The position numbers and the translations under genes were made by a program. Source: a virus (taxonomy: Duplodnaviria; Caudoviricetes). Taken from it: a stretch of DNA of 24,096 bases. Every line of letters starts with the position of its first letter. The first letter of the stretch is position 1. The DNA lies in IMG/VR virus record IMGVR_UViG_3300029183_000434, positions 1-24,096 of that record. One strand, 5' to 3'. Below are positions 14,423 to 24,079 of the stretch, one piece after another. The notes under the pieces are model-generated. The model worked only from the letters and a program-made list of their open reading frames with translations. It was not told where the DNA came from and ran no database searches.

Positions 14423-16310
14423 CGAACAACTGGCCTTCATCGCCTATGACTGGCGATTGTGGGCGCGGGAAAGTCAGGTCGCACCGGAGGGAGACTGGAG
14501 CTATTGGCTGTTTCTTGCCGGTCGTGGATCAGGCAAGACCCGAGCCGGTGCCGAGTGGCTTCGTGAGATCAAGGAGCATTGCGGTCGTATCGGCTTGGTA
14601 GCCCCGACGGCAGCAGATGCCCGCGATGTCATGGTCGAAGGGGATTCAGGCATCTTGGCCACGTCTCCCCCGTGGGACCGACCCGTCTATGAGCCGTCAA
14701 AACGTAAATTGACATGGGATAATGGCGCTACAGCCTCTTTGTTCTCCGCCGAAGAGCCGGAACGTCTCCGCGGTCCGCAGCACGACGCGGTGTGGTGTGA
14801 TGAGTTGGCGGCGTGGAAATACCTTCGCGAAACCTGGGATATGATGCAGTTTGGTTTGCGTCTAGGAACGGCGCCAAAGGCAATGGTGACGACCACTCCG
14901 AAGCCGTTACCACTGATCCGGGAGCTTCTGAAGGATCCGGCAACGGCGATCACGCGAGGTTCAACTTACGACAACGAAGTCAACCTGGCCCCGTCGTTCT
15001 TCCGGGAGATTATCAAGCGTTACGAAGGCACACGCCTTGGCCGCCAAGAGCTTGAGGCCGAGGTTCTGGATGATATGCCCGGCGCACTATGGACGCGGGC
15101 GATGATCGAGAACGCCCGGACCGATGAGTGGCCGGAGTTCTTACGCGTTGTCGTCGGCGTTGACCCTTCGGGTTCTGATGGGGAGACAGGCGGATCGCAG
15201 GGTATTGTCGTTGCAGGCCTTGGCGTGGACGGTCTGTTTTATGTGATCGAAGATGCGTCATGTAAGGAATCTCCAAGGGAGTGGGGAAAGAAAGCCGTTG
15301 ATCTTCTGGAGAGGTATGAAGGCGATCTGATCGTTGCTGAGCGCAACTACGGTGGCGCTATGGTTCAGGCTGTGATCGAGACAGCGGATGAAAACGCACC
15401 GGTCAAATTGGTGGATGCCTCACGTGGCAAGCATATCCGAGCGGAACCAATCTCCGCGCTCTATGAGAAGGGCCGCGTCAAACACCTTTGTATCTCAGAG
15501 GAATTGGACGACCAGCTTTGCCTCATGACCCACGAGGGATATGAAGGCGATGGTTCTCCCGACCGCCTGGATGCATTGGTCTGGGCATTGACCGAATTGA
15601 GCCAGGCAGGAGATCAGGCAACCGGTGTCATCATGAAGCGGGCTCGCTGGCGTTCATGGCCGCAAGGTGTTGATATTCCAAACTGCGAGCCGATCGTTCA
15701 ATGCTGGTCTCTGCCATTTGGTGCCGATGACGATATAGCATCCTGTACGACGTGGGGTGTTTTTGAAACCAAGGCGGTTGCCTCGGATGGCAGGGAGTAC
15801 CGGCACGCCCATGCGATCCTAACGGCGGCATGGTCCGGACGAACCACAGCTTCAGCGTTCATTGAAGAGGCCCGAAAGCAATACGACGACCGCAAGCCAA
15901 ACGTGGTCCTTGCCGAAAAGATGGCGGAGCAAACACCTCTCTTTCATGAGTTGCGACACATCGGTGTCCCGCTTGTGGAGTGGGAGCCAACTGGAGGTAG
16001 CGGACCGGGCCGGGAAGAGTTGCGAGCCCATGCTGCAGCACTTCTGCTTGATCAAGGCTGTGTCTGGCATCCCGGCAAGAAATGGTCCGAAGGCGTTGTG
16101 AACGATTGCGCACTCTACCCGAACGGACCTTTGGTCGGTCATGCGGCCAGTGTCATTCTCATGTTGAGCTACCTGCGGCGCATCCATCTTGAGATCCCGA
16201 CCGACGAACCGGACGAAGAAGAACGCCAGGACATCGAAGAGCGGGAATGGCAGGAACGAAAGCCACGCCGCCTCTATGGCAAGGTAACACGAGGCCAGCC
16301 AGCCGCGTAG
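14340..16310 (+). CDS. terL: Terminase large subunit with an extra degenerate C-terminal nuclease domain
   Basis: Walker A AGRGSGKT, LRGPQ, Walker B WCDE, TTTP; nuclease VGVDPS, AERN, DRLDALVWA; about 230-aa extension. Confidence 0.95.
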   Translation: MPQKLLAPGSLTSLTASELEQILSEFTDEQLAFIAYDWRLWARESQVAPEGDWSYWLFLAGRGSGKTRAGAEWLREIKEHCGRIGLVAPTAADARDVMVEGDSGILATSPPWDRPVYEPSKRKLTWDNGATASLFSAEEPERLRGPQHDAVWCDELAAWKYLRETWDMMQFGLRLGTAPKAMVTTTPKPLPLIRELLKDPATAITRGSTYDNEVNLAPSFFREIIKRYEGTRLGRQELEAEVLDDMPGALWTRAMIENARTDEWPEFLRVVVGVDPSGSDGETGGSQGIVVAGLGVDGLFYVIEDASCKESPREWGKKAVDLLERYEGDLIVAERNYGGAMVQAVIETADENAPVKLVDASRGKHIRAEPISALYEKGRVKHLCISEELDDQLCLMTHEGYEGDGSPDRLDALVWALTELSQAGDQATGVIMKRARWRSWPQGVDIPNCEPIVQCWSLPFGADDDIASCTTWGVFETKAVASDGREYRHAHAILTAAWSGRTTASAFIEEARKQYDDRKPNVVLAEKMAEQTPLFHELRHIGVPLVEWEPTGGSGPGREELRAHAAALLLDQGCVWHPGKKWSEGVVNDCALYPNGPLVGHAASVILMLSYLRRIHLEIPTDEPDEEERQDIEEREWQERKPRRLYGKVTRGQPAA

Positions 16311-16354
16311 GTGCGTACCCCTTAAAAAACTGAACCAGGAGGCGATAACCGCCC

Positions 16355-18829
16355 ATGGACTTGGAAGATTTTGACATCTTCGGAGACGGAGACGATGTGG
16401 CCGTTAACGGTATGCATCAACCGCTGCTCCCGGCAAACCAATTGCACCCGGAATTCTTCAATGTCCTGGGTGGTGATGTGGTTGAGGAAGGGCTTGCCTC
16501 CGATGTGATGACGCCAGACCCGAACAGTCAGTTCACGCGCAATCTCGCGCTGGACCTGCCGGAAAGCGAACTTGACCGTATTGCTCAAGATCTTCTCACC
16601 AAGATCGAGAGTGATGAGAAAACCCGTGAGCCTTGGTACCAACGCTTTCGCCGCGGTCTTGAAATGATGGGTGTTCATGAAGACGCGCTTGATGACGGAC
16701 CGTTCCCCGGCGCCTCAAGCGCAGTTCATCCACTGCTGGCCGAGGCCATGGTGCAGTTCTGGGCTCGTGCTGAACCTGAGCTTATCCCCCCGGAAGGTCC
16801 GGTCAAGGTCAAGGTCACGGGCGAGCAGACCGAAGAAGCGACCGAGCGCGCCGAGCGGGTCGAGAATTATATGAACTACCAGTGCCTGGTGGAGGATTAC
16901 GGGTTTCGGGAAGAAAGCTCCCGCGCCTTGATCGCCGTGCCGTGGCAGGGGTGCGCGTTCACCAAGACGTTCTATAGCCCGATCCGCGATACGGTTTGCA
17001 AGGAATTCGTTCAGGCCGAACACTTGATCGCACCTTATTCCGCGACCTCGTTGGAGCAAGCCCCGCGGTTTACCCACCGGATGTTCAAGACGGTCAACGA
17101 AGTTCGAAAGATGCAGGCCGCGCGGTACTATCGGCCCTGCGACTTGGCGCAACCCGATTATGAAGAAGTGATCGATGCCCAGGAGGCGCGTGATGAAGCG
17201 GTCGACCGTGGTACACCAAGCGGTGATCCCGATGATGCCCGTCATATCATTTTCGAAGTCTCGACAGAATACGAAATCCCCGGTCATCCCGATATGGACG
17301 AAGATGGTAATGAGACGGGAATTGCACTTCCCTACATCGTCTCGATCGAAAAATCCTCTCGCAAGATCCTATCGATCTACCGCAATTGGCGGGAAGATGA
17401 TGATCTGAAACAGCGCCGGGTCTACGTTACCAAATACGGTTATATTCCGGGCTGGGGCCTCTATGACTTTGGCCTCTTCCACCTGATTGGCGGGCTGTCG
17501 GAAGCGGCCACCGGAGCACTCCGACTTGTGCTTGACGGTAGCGCTACGGCTTCGATGCAGGGCGGCTATCGCACCAAGCAGGGCAAGCGGCTCGGCGAAG
17601 GCCGATCGGTCATTGAACCGGGTGTCTGGAAGGACACGGACCTCTCGCACGAAGACATCTCGAAAGCGTTCTATACACCACCGTTCAAGGAACCATCTCC
17701 CTCACTGTTCAACCTCCTCGGCTTCCTCGTTGAATCGGCACAGCGGTTTTCTTCCACAACCGAAACCATGGTCGGTGATGCTGACAATAACGCGCCAGTT
17801 GGAACCACAGTCGCCCTGATCGAACAGGGCTCGAAAGTCTTTTCCGCGATCCATTCCCGCCTGCACCACTCCGCAGCGCATGAGTACCGGATTCGCTACG
17901 AACTAACCCAGGAATTCATGCCGGAAGGCGGTTATCCCTACGATGTGCTGGGTGATGAACGGGAGGTGTTCAAAGAGGATTTCGGACCGGGAATTTCTCT
18001 CCTGCCGGTCTCAGACCCGAACATCTTCTCGCAAACCCAGCGCATCGCCATCGCCCAGTCCAGCTATCAGTTGGCGACGGAAAACCCAGACATTATTGAC
18101 CGCCGTGAGGCCGTAGAGCGGATGCTAAAGGCACTCAAAACGCCCGACATCGATAGCTTGTTGATCAAGGATGATGATCTCCAACCGATGGATCCGGTCA
18201 GTGAGAACCAAGCACTGCTTCTTGGTAAGCCCGCAAAGGTCTTCGCTGAACAGGACCACGAGGCGCATATTCAAGTCCACATAGCCTTCCTGGAGCATCC
18301 CCAGTTCGGTGGCCATCCGGAAGCGCAGGAAGCGATCTTTGCTGCCGCCAAGGCGCATCTCGCTGAACACATGGCCGCACTTTACGTTCAGCGTATGAAC
18401 GAACTTGGCGTCCCGGCACAGTTTATCTCCCGTGATGATGAGGAACGGCAAACCCAAGCTCTACCACCGCATGTTGCCGAACAGATCGGCATGGAGGCAG
18501 CACGCGTCTCCGGTGAATTCCTGCAGACCAAAGGGGTTCCACATCCAGAGCCGGAGCAGCCTGCACCCGATGCTAATCACCAGGTCAAGATGATGCAGGG
18601 CCAGCAGAAAATGCAGCAAGATGATCAGCGCCACCAGATGAACCTCCAACACAGCGACGAGGCCCACAAGCAGAACCTTGAGCAGGAACGTCAGGCCCAT
18701 CAGCAACGCCTGGGGCAGATGATTTCGGACTATGTTGCCAAGGACCGGCAGGACCGGACCGCAGCCGATGCCGATGCAATGCGTGGCCTGTTGCAGGAAA
18801 TCCAGCGTGGGGGCGCTTCTTTGCAATGA
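16355..18829 (+). CDS. Portal protein (P22-like, with long Gln/His-rich C-terminal helix)
   Basis: Follows terL; PFPGASSAVHPLLAEA, GPVKVKV, NAPVGTTVALIEQG, PVSDPNIFS; AGGAGG RBS. Confidence 0.88.
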   Translation: MDLEDFDIFGDGDDVAVNGMHQPLLPANQLHPEFFNVLGGDVVEEGLASDVMTPDPNSQFTRNLALDLPESELDRIAQDLLTKIESDEKTREPWYQRFRRGLEMMGVHEDALDDGPFPGASSAVHPLLAEAMVQFWARAEPELIPPEGPVKVKVTGEQTEEATERAERVENYMNYQCLVEDYGFREESSRALIAVPWQGCAFTKTFYSPIRDTVCKEFVQAEHLIAPYSATSLEQAPRFTHRMFKTVNEVRKMQAARYYRPCDLAQPDYEEVIDAQEARDEAVDRGTPSGDPDDARHIIFEVSTEYEIPGHPDMDEDGNETGIALPYIVSIEKSSRKILSIYRNWREDDDLKQRRVYVTKYGYIPGWGLYDFGLFHLIGGLSEAATGALRLVLDGSATASMQGGYRTKQGKRLGEGRSVIEPGVWKDTDLSHEDISKAFYTPPFKEPSPSLFNLLGFLVESAQRFSSTTETMVGDADNNAPVGTTVALIEQGSKVFSAIHSRLHHSAAHEYRIRYELTQEFMPEGGYPYDVLGDEREVFKEDFGPGISLLPVSDPNIFSQTQRIAIAQSSYQLATENPDIIDRREAVERMLKALKTPDIDSLLIKDDDLQPMDPVSENQALLLGKPAKVFAEQDHEAHIQVHIAFLEHPQFGGHPEAQEAIFAAAKAHLAEHMAALYVQRMNELGVPAQFISRDDEERQTQALPPHVAEQIGMEAARVSGEFLQTKGVPHPEPEQPAPDANHQVKMMQGQQKMQQDDQRHQMNLQHSDEAHKQNLEQERQAHQQRLGQMISDYVAKDRQDRTAADADAMRGLLQEIQRGGASLQ

Positions 18830-19071
18830 GAGTGACCCCGAAAGAACGCCGTCAGGCACGTGCGTTTCTCTATCAGATCGGCGTTCCGGCACAGGTGATT
18901 TCACCTGAAGACTATGCAGGCGCGGCCAAGGATCTCGGCCTGACCTTTGCGGGCTTGTGGGAAGTGGTTGTCGAGGTGGCCCACGGCATTGAAGCAAGGC
19001 CACAACCGAAGCCTGAGATCCTAAGGCCGACAGCGTTTGTTGAAACCGCGTTCATTCAACTCGCGGCCTGA
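18826..19071 (+). CDS. Hypothetical protein
   Basis: ATGA overlap with the portal gene. Confidence 0.7.
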   Translation: MRVTPKERRQARAFLYQIGVPAQVISPEDYAGAAKDLGLTFAGLWEVVVEVAHGIEARPQPKPEILRPTAFVETAFIQLAA

Positions 19072-19076
19072 CCACC

Positions 19077-19295
19077 ATGACAGAATTTGAAATCTCGATC
19101 GGCATCCTGAGACGGATGGCCGAAGACGAAGACATGCCCATTGTGAGCGGACAAGCCTCCGATTGGGCCGATTACAAACGTCGCGTTGGACGCAGGTCTG
19201 CGTTTCACGACGCCATTGAAGCGTTGCGTGAGTACAGATCAAAAATCAATTCCGGAGACTTTGACGATGAACATGATGAACCCATCATCCAGTGA
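19077..19295 (+). CDS. Small head-module protein
   Basis: IVSGQASDWADYKRRVG pattern, recalled as typical of ORFs preceding phage groES. Confidence 0.7.
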   Translation: MTEFEISIGILRRMAEDEDMPIVSGQASDWADYKRRVGRRSAFHDAIEALREYRSKINSGDFDDEHDEPIIQ

Positions 19296-19680
19296 GTTTG
19301 AGCTGCATGACCTTGACGATCCTATCCCGGCAGACCTTGGTGAACCCCTGACCTATCAGGTGTTCATCATGCCGGTTTCCCCGCCGAAAGTAACCAAAGG
19401 GGGGATTATTCTAGCCGATATCAGTCAGGAGGCCAACGAGTGGCACAACTGCATCGGCAAGATCGCACGGTTGGGTCCGTGTGCTTTCCAGCACCCCCGT
19501 TTTGCCGAGCTTGGCTTTACCGACAATATGGTTCCCCGAGTGGGTGACTTGGTCATGTACCGCTCAAAAACACCCATTCGTTTCAAGTTCGATAACGCCC
19601 GGATTCTGGTTGTCCATGACGATTGGATCTATGGCCGCGCGACCCCTGAGACGTTCGGGAGATACAACTTTTACACTTGA
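19267..19680 (+). CDS. groES: GroES-like co-chaperonin
   Basis: PLTYQVFIMP...TKGGIIL mobile loop...GKIARLGP...VGDLVMY; GGAG RBS. Confidence 0.82.
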   Translation: MNMMNPSSSEFELHDLDDPIPADLGEPLTYQVFIMPVSPPKVTKGGIILADISQEANEWHNCIGKIARLGPCAFQHPRFAELGFTDNMVPRVGDLVMYRSKTPIRFKFDNARILVVHDDWIYGRATPETFGRYNFYT

Positions 19681-19707
19681 TAGAACTGAAAAACCGGAGA
19701 CAAAACA

Positions 19708-20745
19708 ATGGACAAGAATACAGAGACAGAGGGCAACATCTTTGATGATGAAGGGATGATTGACCTCGATGAAGGCGTGACCTTTACCGATGGGGGAAGC
19801 GGTGCCCCGGCAGATGAGGACGCCGATGATATCGTTGATCTAAAGGATGACGAAGAGGCGGACGAACCACCGAAAAAGGCCGAAGCAAAGCCGGAAGCGG
19901 ACGATGAGGAAGACGACGACATTGATGATGGTTTCGATGACGATGATGATGAGGAAGATGACGACAGCCATGATCTGAACGGTTCCGAGATTGCCATTCT
20001 TCGTCAGGAAATCGCTGCCAAAGATCATGCCCACGCCGTTGAAATGGCCAAGGTACACAAAGAGTCTGCGGAAATGATGCAGGCCAGCCTGAAGGTCAAA
20101 CGCGATGTTCTGATCAAGCAGCTCAAGTCCGCCAAGGAAGACGGCGACACCGATAGTGAGGTGGATCTGCAGCAGGAACTCGGCAACCTCGACAACATCG
20201 AGAATACGCTGAAATCGGTGATTTCCGAGAGCGGTGAGAAGATGAAGGCGGCTCCGCCCGCGCCAACAATCCAGACGGCACAAACACAAACCAACGACGT
20301 TTCTCTGGCCCCCGGCAATTCCTACGCCGAAGCATGGATTGAGAAAAACAAGTCGTGGTGGAGTGATCCGCGACAGGTCGGTGCCCGTGCGCTCGTTAAG
20401 TCATTGGATCAGGAGTTGTCGTCGCAAGGCCTCGATCCAAAATCACCCAAATACTACAGCGAGCTAACCAAGCATGTCGCTCGCGCCTACCCAAAAACCA
20501 AAGCGGTTAACCTCAATGGCAAGCCGCCGGCAACGGGCAAGCGCAAGCGTGGTGGTAACGGTAAACGCTCGCCTGTCACGGGCGGTCAGACCAACGGTGC
20601 AGCGCCAAACACCAACAAGAACCAGGTCAAGATCGGCGCGGAAACCAAGGCCATTCTACGCAAGATCGGGCTTGATCCGACCGATACAAAAATCCTGAAA
20701 CGACAGGCTGCGATCAAGGCTGGTTACGATCCGGACAACCTCTGA
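19708..20745 (+). CDS. Putative capsid scaffolding protein
   Basis: Highly acidic N-terminus, central coiled coil, basic C-terminus; lies between portal and capsid. Confidence 0.65.
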   Translation: MDKNTETEGNIFDDEGMIDLDEGVTFTDGGSGAPADEDADDIVDLKDDEEADEPPKKAEAKPEADDEEDDDIDDGFDDDDDEEDDDSHDLNGSEIAILRQEIAAKDHAHAVEMAKVHKESAEMMQASLKVKRDVLIKQLKSAKEDGDTDSEVDLQQELGNLDNIENTLKSVISESGEKMKAAPPAPTIQTAQTQTNDVSLAPGNSYAEAWIEKNKSWWSDPRQVGARALVKSLDQELSSQGLDPKSPKYYSELTKHVARAYPKTKAVNLNGKPPATGKRKRGGNGKRSPVTGGQTNGAAPNTNKNQVKIGAETKAILRKIGLDPTDTKILKRQAAIKAGYDPDNL

Positions 20746-20770
20746 GGCACCACAAGTTGCTAAGGCAACA

Positions 20771-20782
20771 GGATTTAAATCC
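20771..20782. promoter_or_regulatory. Palindromic operator-like site, copy 3
   Basis: GGATTTAAATCC, perfect palindrome, intergenic. Confidence 0.6.
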
Positions 20783-20809
20783 AAAAAATTTGAGAAAGAG
20801 ACTTGACCC

Positions 20810-21535
20810 ATGACCACCAAATCACTTAGCAAAAAAGACAGCGGTGCCCAAGCCGCAGCCCAGTCCACTGGACTGAAGGTTTCCCGAAAGCCTCCGGCAA
20901 AGCGTCAAGCGAGCCGGGCCAAAGCGGAAACGAACGCATCACCTGACCCTCTTGGGACGGTCAATGAAGAGCGCGGGACAACTGCGCATTCTGAATTGGA
21001 TCGTCCAGTGGACCAGGACTTTACTTCCATCCAAGACACCGATGTTCATGGCAGCGTTCACTCGTCCCATGACGCCGAAGACATGGATCAAGAAGACGTT
21101 CACATGTTCATGGACGATGGGTTCTCAACACCGAAAAACCTCGATGCTCCAGCGCCGCGCGACGGCATGGATCAACGCTGGATCAGGTGTGAAACCCGGA
21201 CCGACAAAGACCATATGAACCTGCAACGCCAGATGAAAAACGGTTGGGTGGCACGTCCGCTCGAAAGTATTTCAAGTTCCTGGCAGCAGATCTCCCACCA
21301 CGCATCAGGCTCTGACGGGCTTTATGTGGATGGCATGCTGCTCTGCGAGCGCCCGAAAGCACTGGGTGCCCGACAGAAAGCGCAGGTTCAGGCGCGGCTT
21401 AAAAAGCAACGCCAATATGTCTCCGGTCAAGTTGCCGGTCAGAATGCCCAGAACGCCCACGCCAACATGCCGTTTGACTTTGTCGAGCAGCGTGAAACGA
21501 CGCGTGGGCGACGCCCCACGGTCATGGATGACTAG
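20810..21535 (+). CDS. Head-module protein of unknown function
   Basis: LDAPAPRDGMDQRWIR...GW...DGMLLCERP; position in the head operon. Confidence 0.75.
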   Translation: MTTKSLSKKDSGAQAAAQSTGLKVSRKPPAKRQASRAKAETNASPDPLGTVNEERGTTAHSELDRPVDQDFTSIQDTDVHGSVHSSHDAEDMDQEDVHMFMDDGFSTPKNLDAPAPRDGMDQRWIRCETRTDKDHMNLQRQMKNGWVARPLESISSSWQQISHHASGSDGLYVDGMLLCERPKALGARQKAQVQARLKKQRQYVSGQVAGQNAQNAHANMPFDFVEQRETTRGRRPTVMDD

Positions 21536-21549
21536 AGAGAGGGGCTCAA

Positions 21550-22137
21550 ATGGCCAATCTGGATGCTGCATTCGGGTTTAGACCAACCCGGCATGCCTCG
21601 GGCGGAACTGTCCGTGCAAATGAATACGACATTGCGTCGGGTCTTGCTGAAAACATCAAAGAAGGTGATGTCGTCAAATCCAATGGCTCGGGGGGCATTC
21701 AACTTGCCGCAGCCGGAGATGCGGTTCTCGGTATCTTTAAGGGTGTTTCCTGGACCGCAACCGATGGCGAAGTGCGCTATTCCAATCAATGGACGTCGGG
21801 CACGGCAACCAAGGGCTCACTGGCGGCCAAAGCCACCGTCTATGACGATCCCAAGACGATCTTCATGGCGCAAGCCTCGGGCTCGGTCATTGCCGCAGAC
21901 ATTGGTTTGATCGCCAACATCTCGGTGACGGCGGGCGATGCTTCCACGGGCATCTCGGCACACGAGGTCGGTGCTCACGATGGTTCCGAAACCCAACTTA
22001 AAATCCTCAAAATCATGGAAGTTCCGGGCCGGTCCTCAACGGGTCATGGCAATTCCGGAGCCGGCGCCAACGCGATCGTTGAAGCCATGTTCATCAAACA
22101 CGAAATGGCTGGCGCTGCTGCTGGCGTGGAGGTCTAA
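21550..22137 (+). CDS. Putative capsid decoration/cement protein
   Basis: MANLDAAFGFRP..GDVV..GIFKG..VYDDP; Gly/Ala-rich; directly upstream of the major capsid gene. Confidence 0.7.
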   Translation: MANLDAAFGFRPTRHASGGTVRANEYDIASGLAENIKEGDVVKSNGSGGIQLAAAGDAVLGIFKGVSWTATDGEVRYSNQWTSGTATKGSLAAKATVYDDPKTIFMAQASGSVIAADIGLIANISVTAGDASTGISAHEVGAHDGSETQLKILKIMEVPGRSSTGHGNSGAGANAIVEAMFIKHEMAGAAAGVEV

Positions 22138-22139
22138 TC

Positions 22140-23054
22140 ATGGTTGCGATGTCACGCGCGCAGTTCCGCAAAGAACTGCAGGAAGGCCTCAAGAACCTCT
22201 TTGGAATCAGCTACAAAGGCTATCCGGAAGAGTGGCGCCATATCTTCGATGTCGAAACATCATCGAAGGCGTACGAAGAGGATCAACAGCTCGTTGGATT
22301 GGGCGGAGCCCAGGTCAAAGCGGAAGGCGCGGCCTTCAACTATGACGCAGGCGGGGAAGGTTATACCTCTAGGTATCACCACGAAACCATTGCCACCGGG
22401 TTTGCCATTACCATGGAGGCTGTCGAAGATAACCTCTACGGCAAGATCGCCAACAAGTACACCCGTTCGATGGCCGAAGGATTGCAATTCACCAAGGAGG
22501 TGAAGGGCGCTGAAATCCTCAACAACGGCTTTGATTCAAGCTACTCGGGCGGGGATGGCAAATCCCTCTTTGCAACCGATCATCCACTCTGGGGCGGTGG
22601 TACGCTGTCAAATAAGCTCTCGACCGCAGCGGACTTGTCGGAAGCAGCCCTGGAAGATGCGATGATCGCGATCCGCGATTTTGTCGATGACCGCGGTATT
22701 CCCAAAATGATCCGGGCGAAAAAGCTGATTATCCCATCATCCTCGATGTTCATTGCTGATCGGATACTGAATTCGAACGGCCGTGTCGGGACGGCGGACA
22801 ACGATGTGAACTCACTCAAGAACCAGTCGATGATCCCCGAAGGGTTCTGTGTGAACGATTATCTCGCTGATCAGGACGCGTGGTACATTAAGACCGATTG
22901 CGCCGATGGTCTGAAGCACATGAAACGCCGTGGTGTGAAGAACGGCATGGAAGGTGATTTCGAGACCGATAACGTGAAGTACAAGGCCAACGAGCGTTAT
23001 TCGTTCGGTTGGACCGACTTCCGCGGCGCATTCGCCTCCGAAGGCGCAGCATAA
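22140..23054 (+). CDS. Major capsid protein
   Basis: SRAQFRKELQEGL..GFAITMEAVEDNLY..GGDGKSLFATDHP..GDFETDNVKYKANERYSFGWTD; GGAGG RBS. Confidence 0.9.
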   Translation: MVAMSRAQFRKELQEGLKNLFGISYKGYPEEWRHIFDVETSSKAYEEDQQLVGLGGAQVKAEGAAFNYDAGGEGYTSRYHHETIATGFAITMEAVEDNLYGKIANKYTRSMAEGLQFTKEVKGAEILNNGFDSSYSGGDGKSLFATDHPLWGGGTLSNKLSTAADLSEAALEDAMIAIRDFVDDRGIPKMIRAKKLIIPSSSMFIADRILNSNGRVGTADNDVNSLKNQSMIPEGFCVNDYLADQDAWYIKTDCADGLKHMKRRGVKNGMEGDFETDNVKYKANERYSFGWTDFRGAFASEGAA

Positions 23055-23066
23055 GGAGCAGGCCCG

Positions 23067-23486
23067 ATGACCACTTCCACAGGTGGATTTTATACGGGTG
23101 GTGGAGACGACGGGGCAAGCAAAGTCCCCGTCGTCAACATGCTCCCTTTTTCGTTCGATCCAACGTCTTCGTCCCAGGTTCTGCTTGGCACGCTTCCCAA
23201 AGGCGCCCGCGTCACCGACGTGGTTGGCTATGGCGGGGCGACCGGCGGCACCAACCCGACCGTCGATATCGGTACATCTGGTGATGACGATGGCTTTGCC
23301 AATGAACTCGATTGCGACGCCGCTGCTTCGTCAGCGGTCACCGCGGGGACCGCTGGCGCCCTGATCTGGGATAAGCAAACGTCTCCGGTTGCTGTCTACG
23401 GGAAAGTCGGGGCGTCGGCGGCAACCGGCGGAACATTTGTTGGCGTCATGCTGTTCATCATCGATGCCGGATCGGACAATCCGTAA
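23067..23486 (+). CDS. Putative virion structural protein
   Basis: AAGGAG RBS; Gly/Thr/Ala-rich, LGTLPKGA..V motif. Confidence 0.7.
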   Translation: MTTSTGGFYTGGGDDGASKVPVVNMLPFSFDPTSSSQVLLGTLPKGARVTDVVGYGGATGGTNPTVDIGTSGDDDGFANELDCDAAASSAVTAGTAGALIWDKQTSPVAVYGKVGASAATGGTFVGVMLFIIDAGSDNP

Positions 23487-23872
23487 TGGCGGACGCTGTT
23501 ACCTCACAAACGCTTCATGACGGCAAGAGAAATGCCGTCATGAAGTTCACCAATATCTCCGATGGCACGGGAGAATCAGCCGTCACCAAGGTTGATGTTT
23601 CGGCATTGTCCGGAGCACCGGCTGCGGTTCGGATTGACCGGATTGATTACGACACCGCCGGTATGGATGTCGATCTTTTGTTCGATGCCACGGCCGACGA
23701 TCTGGCGTGGTCAATCGGAGCGGATCAGTCCAGTTCGAAATGCTGGCATACCGTCGGCGGTCTTCAAAACCCGAAGTCCACCGGTTGGACCGGAGATATC
23801 AAACTGACAACGACCGGAGCGGCAAGTGGTGACCGCTATTCCCTGACGCTCCACATGGTCAAGAAATACTAG
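23486..23872 (+). CDS. Putative virion structural protein
   Basis: TAATG coupling; MADAVTSQT..DG.RNAVMKFTNISDGTGES. Confidence 0.75.
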   Translation: MADAVTSQTLHDGKRNAVMKFTNISDGTGESAVTKVDVSALSGAPAAVRIDRIDYDTAGMDVDLLFDATADDLAWSIGADQSSSKCWHTVGGLQNPKSTGWTGDIKLTTTGAASGDRYSLTLHMVKKY

Positions 23873-23917
23873 TTCTGCGTTCCTAAGTCAGGCTTTTCAA
23901 AGGATCGGGGAGGCGCA

Positions 23918-24079
23918 GTGGCGACCACCGGCACATACACATGGGCACCCAAAGCCGCTGAACTCATTGACGAGGGGTTTGAGCAGTGCGGGATTGATCC
24001 CGAAAGCCTGACCCATCGCCATCTGCGCTCGGCCCGCCGTTCATTGAACTTCGTGCTGCGGGATATCGAGACTGAGGGC
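23918..24079 (+). CDS. Head-tail adaptor / tail tubular protein, 5' partial
   Basis: GGAGG RBS; MATTGTYTW..ELIDEGFEQCG..LRSARRSLN; runs into the primer sequence. Confidence 0.65.

Noticed and set aside
19840-19970. GAT/GAC-rich tandem-like repeat
   Set aside because: It simply encodes the Asp/Glu-rich tract of the scaffold-like protein.
14687-23364. Numerous antisense and alternative-frame ORFs over structural genes
   Set aside because: Shadow ORFs expected in GC-rich coding DNA; no recognisable motifs.
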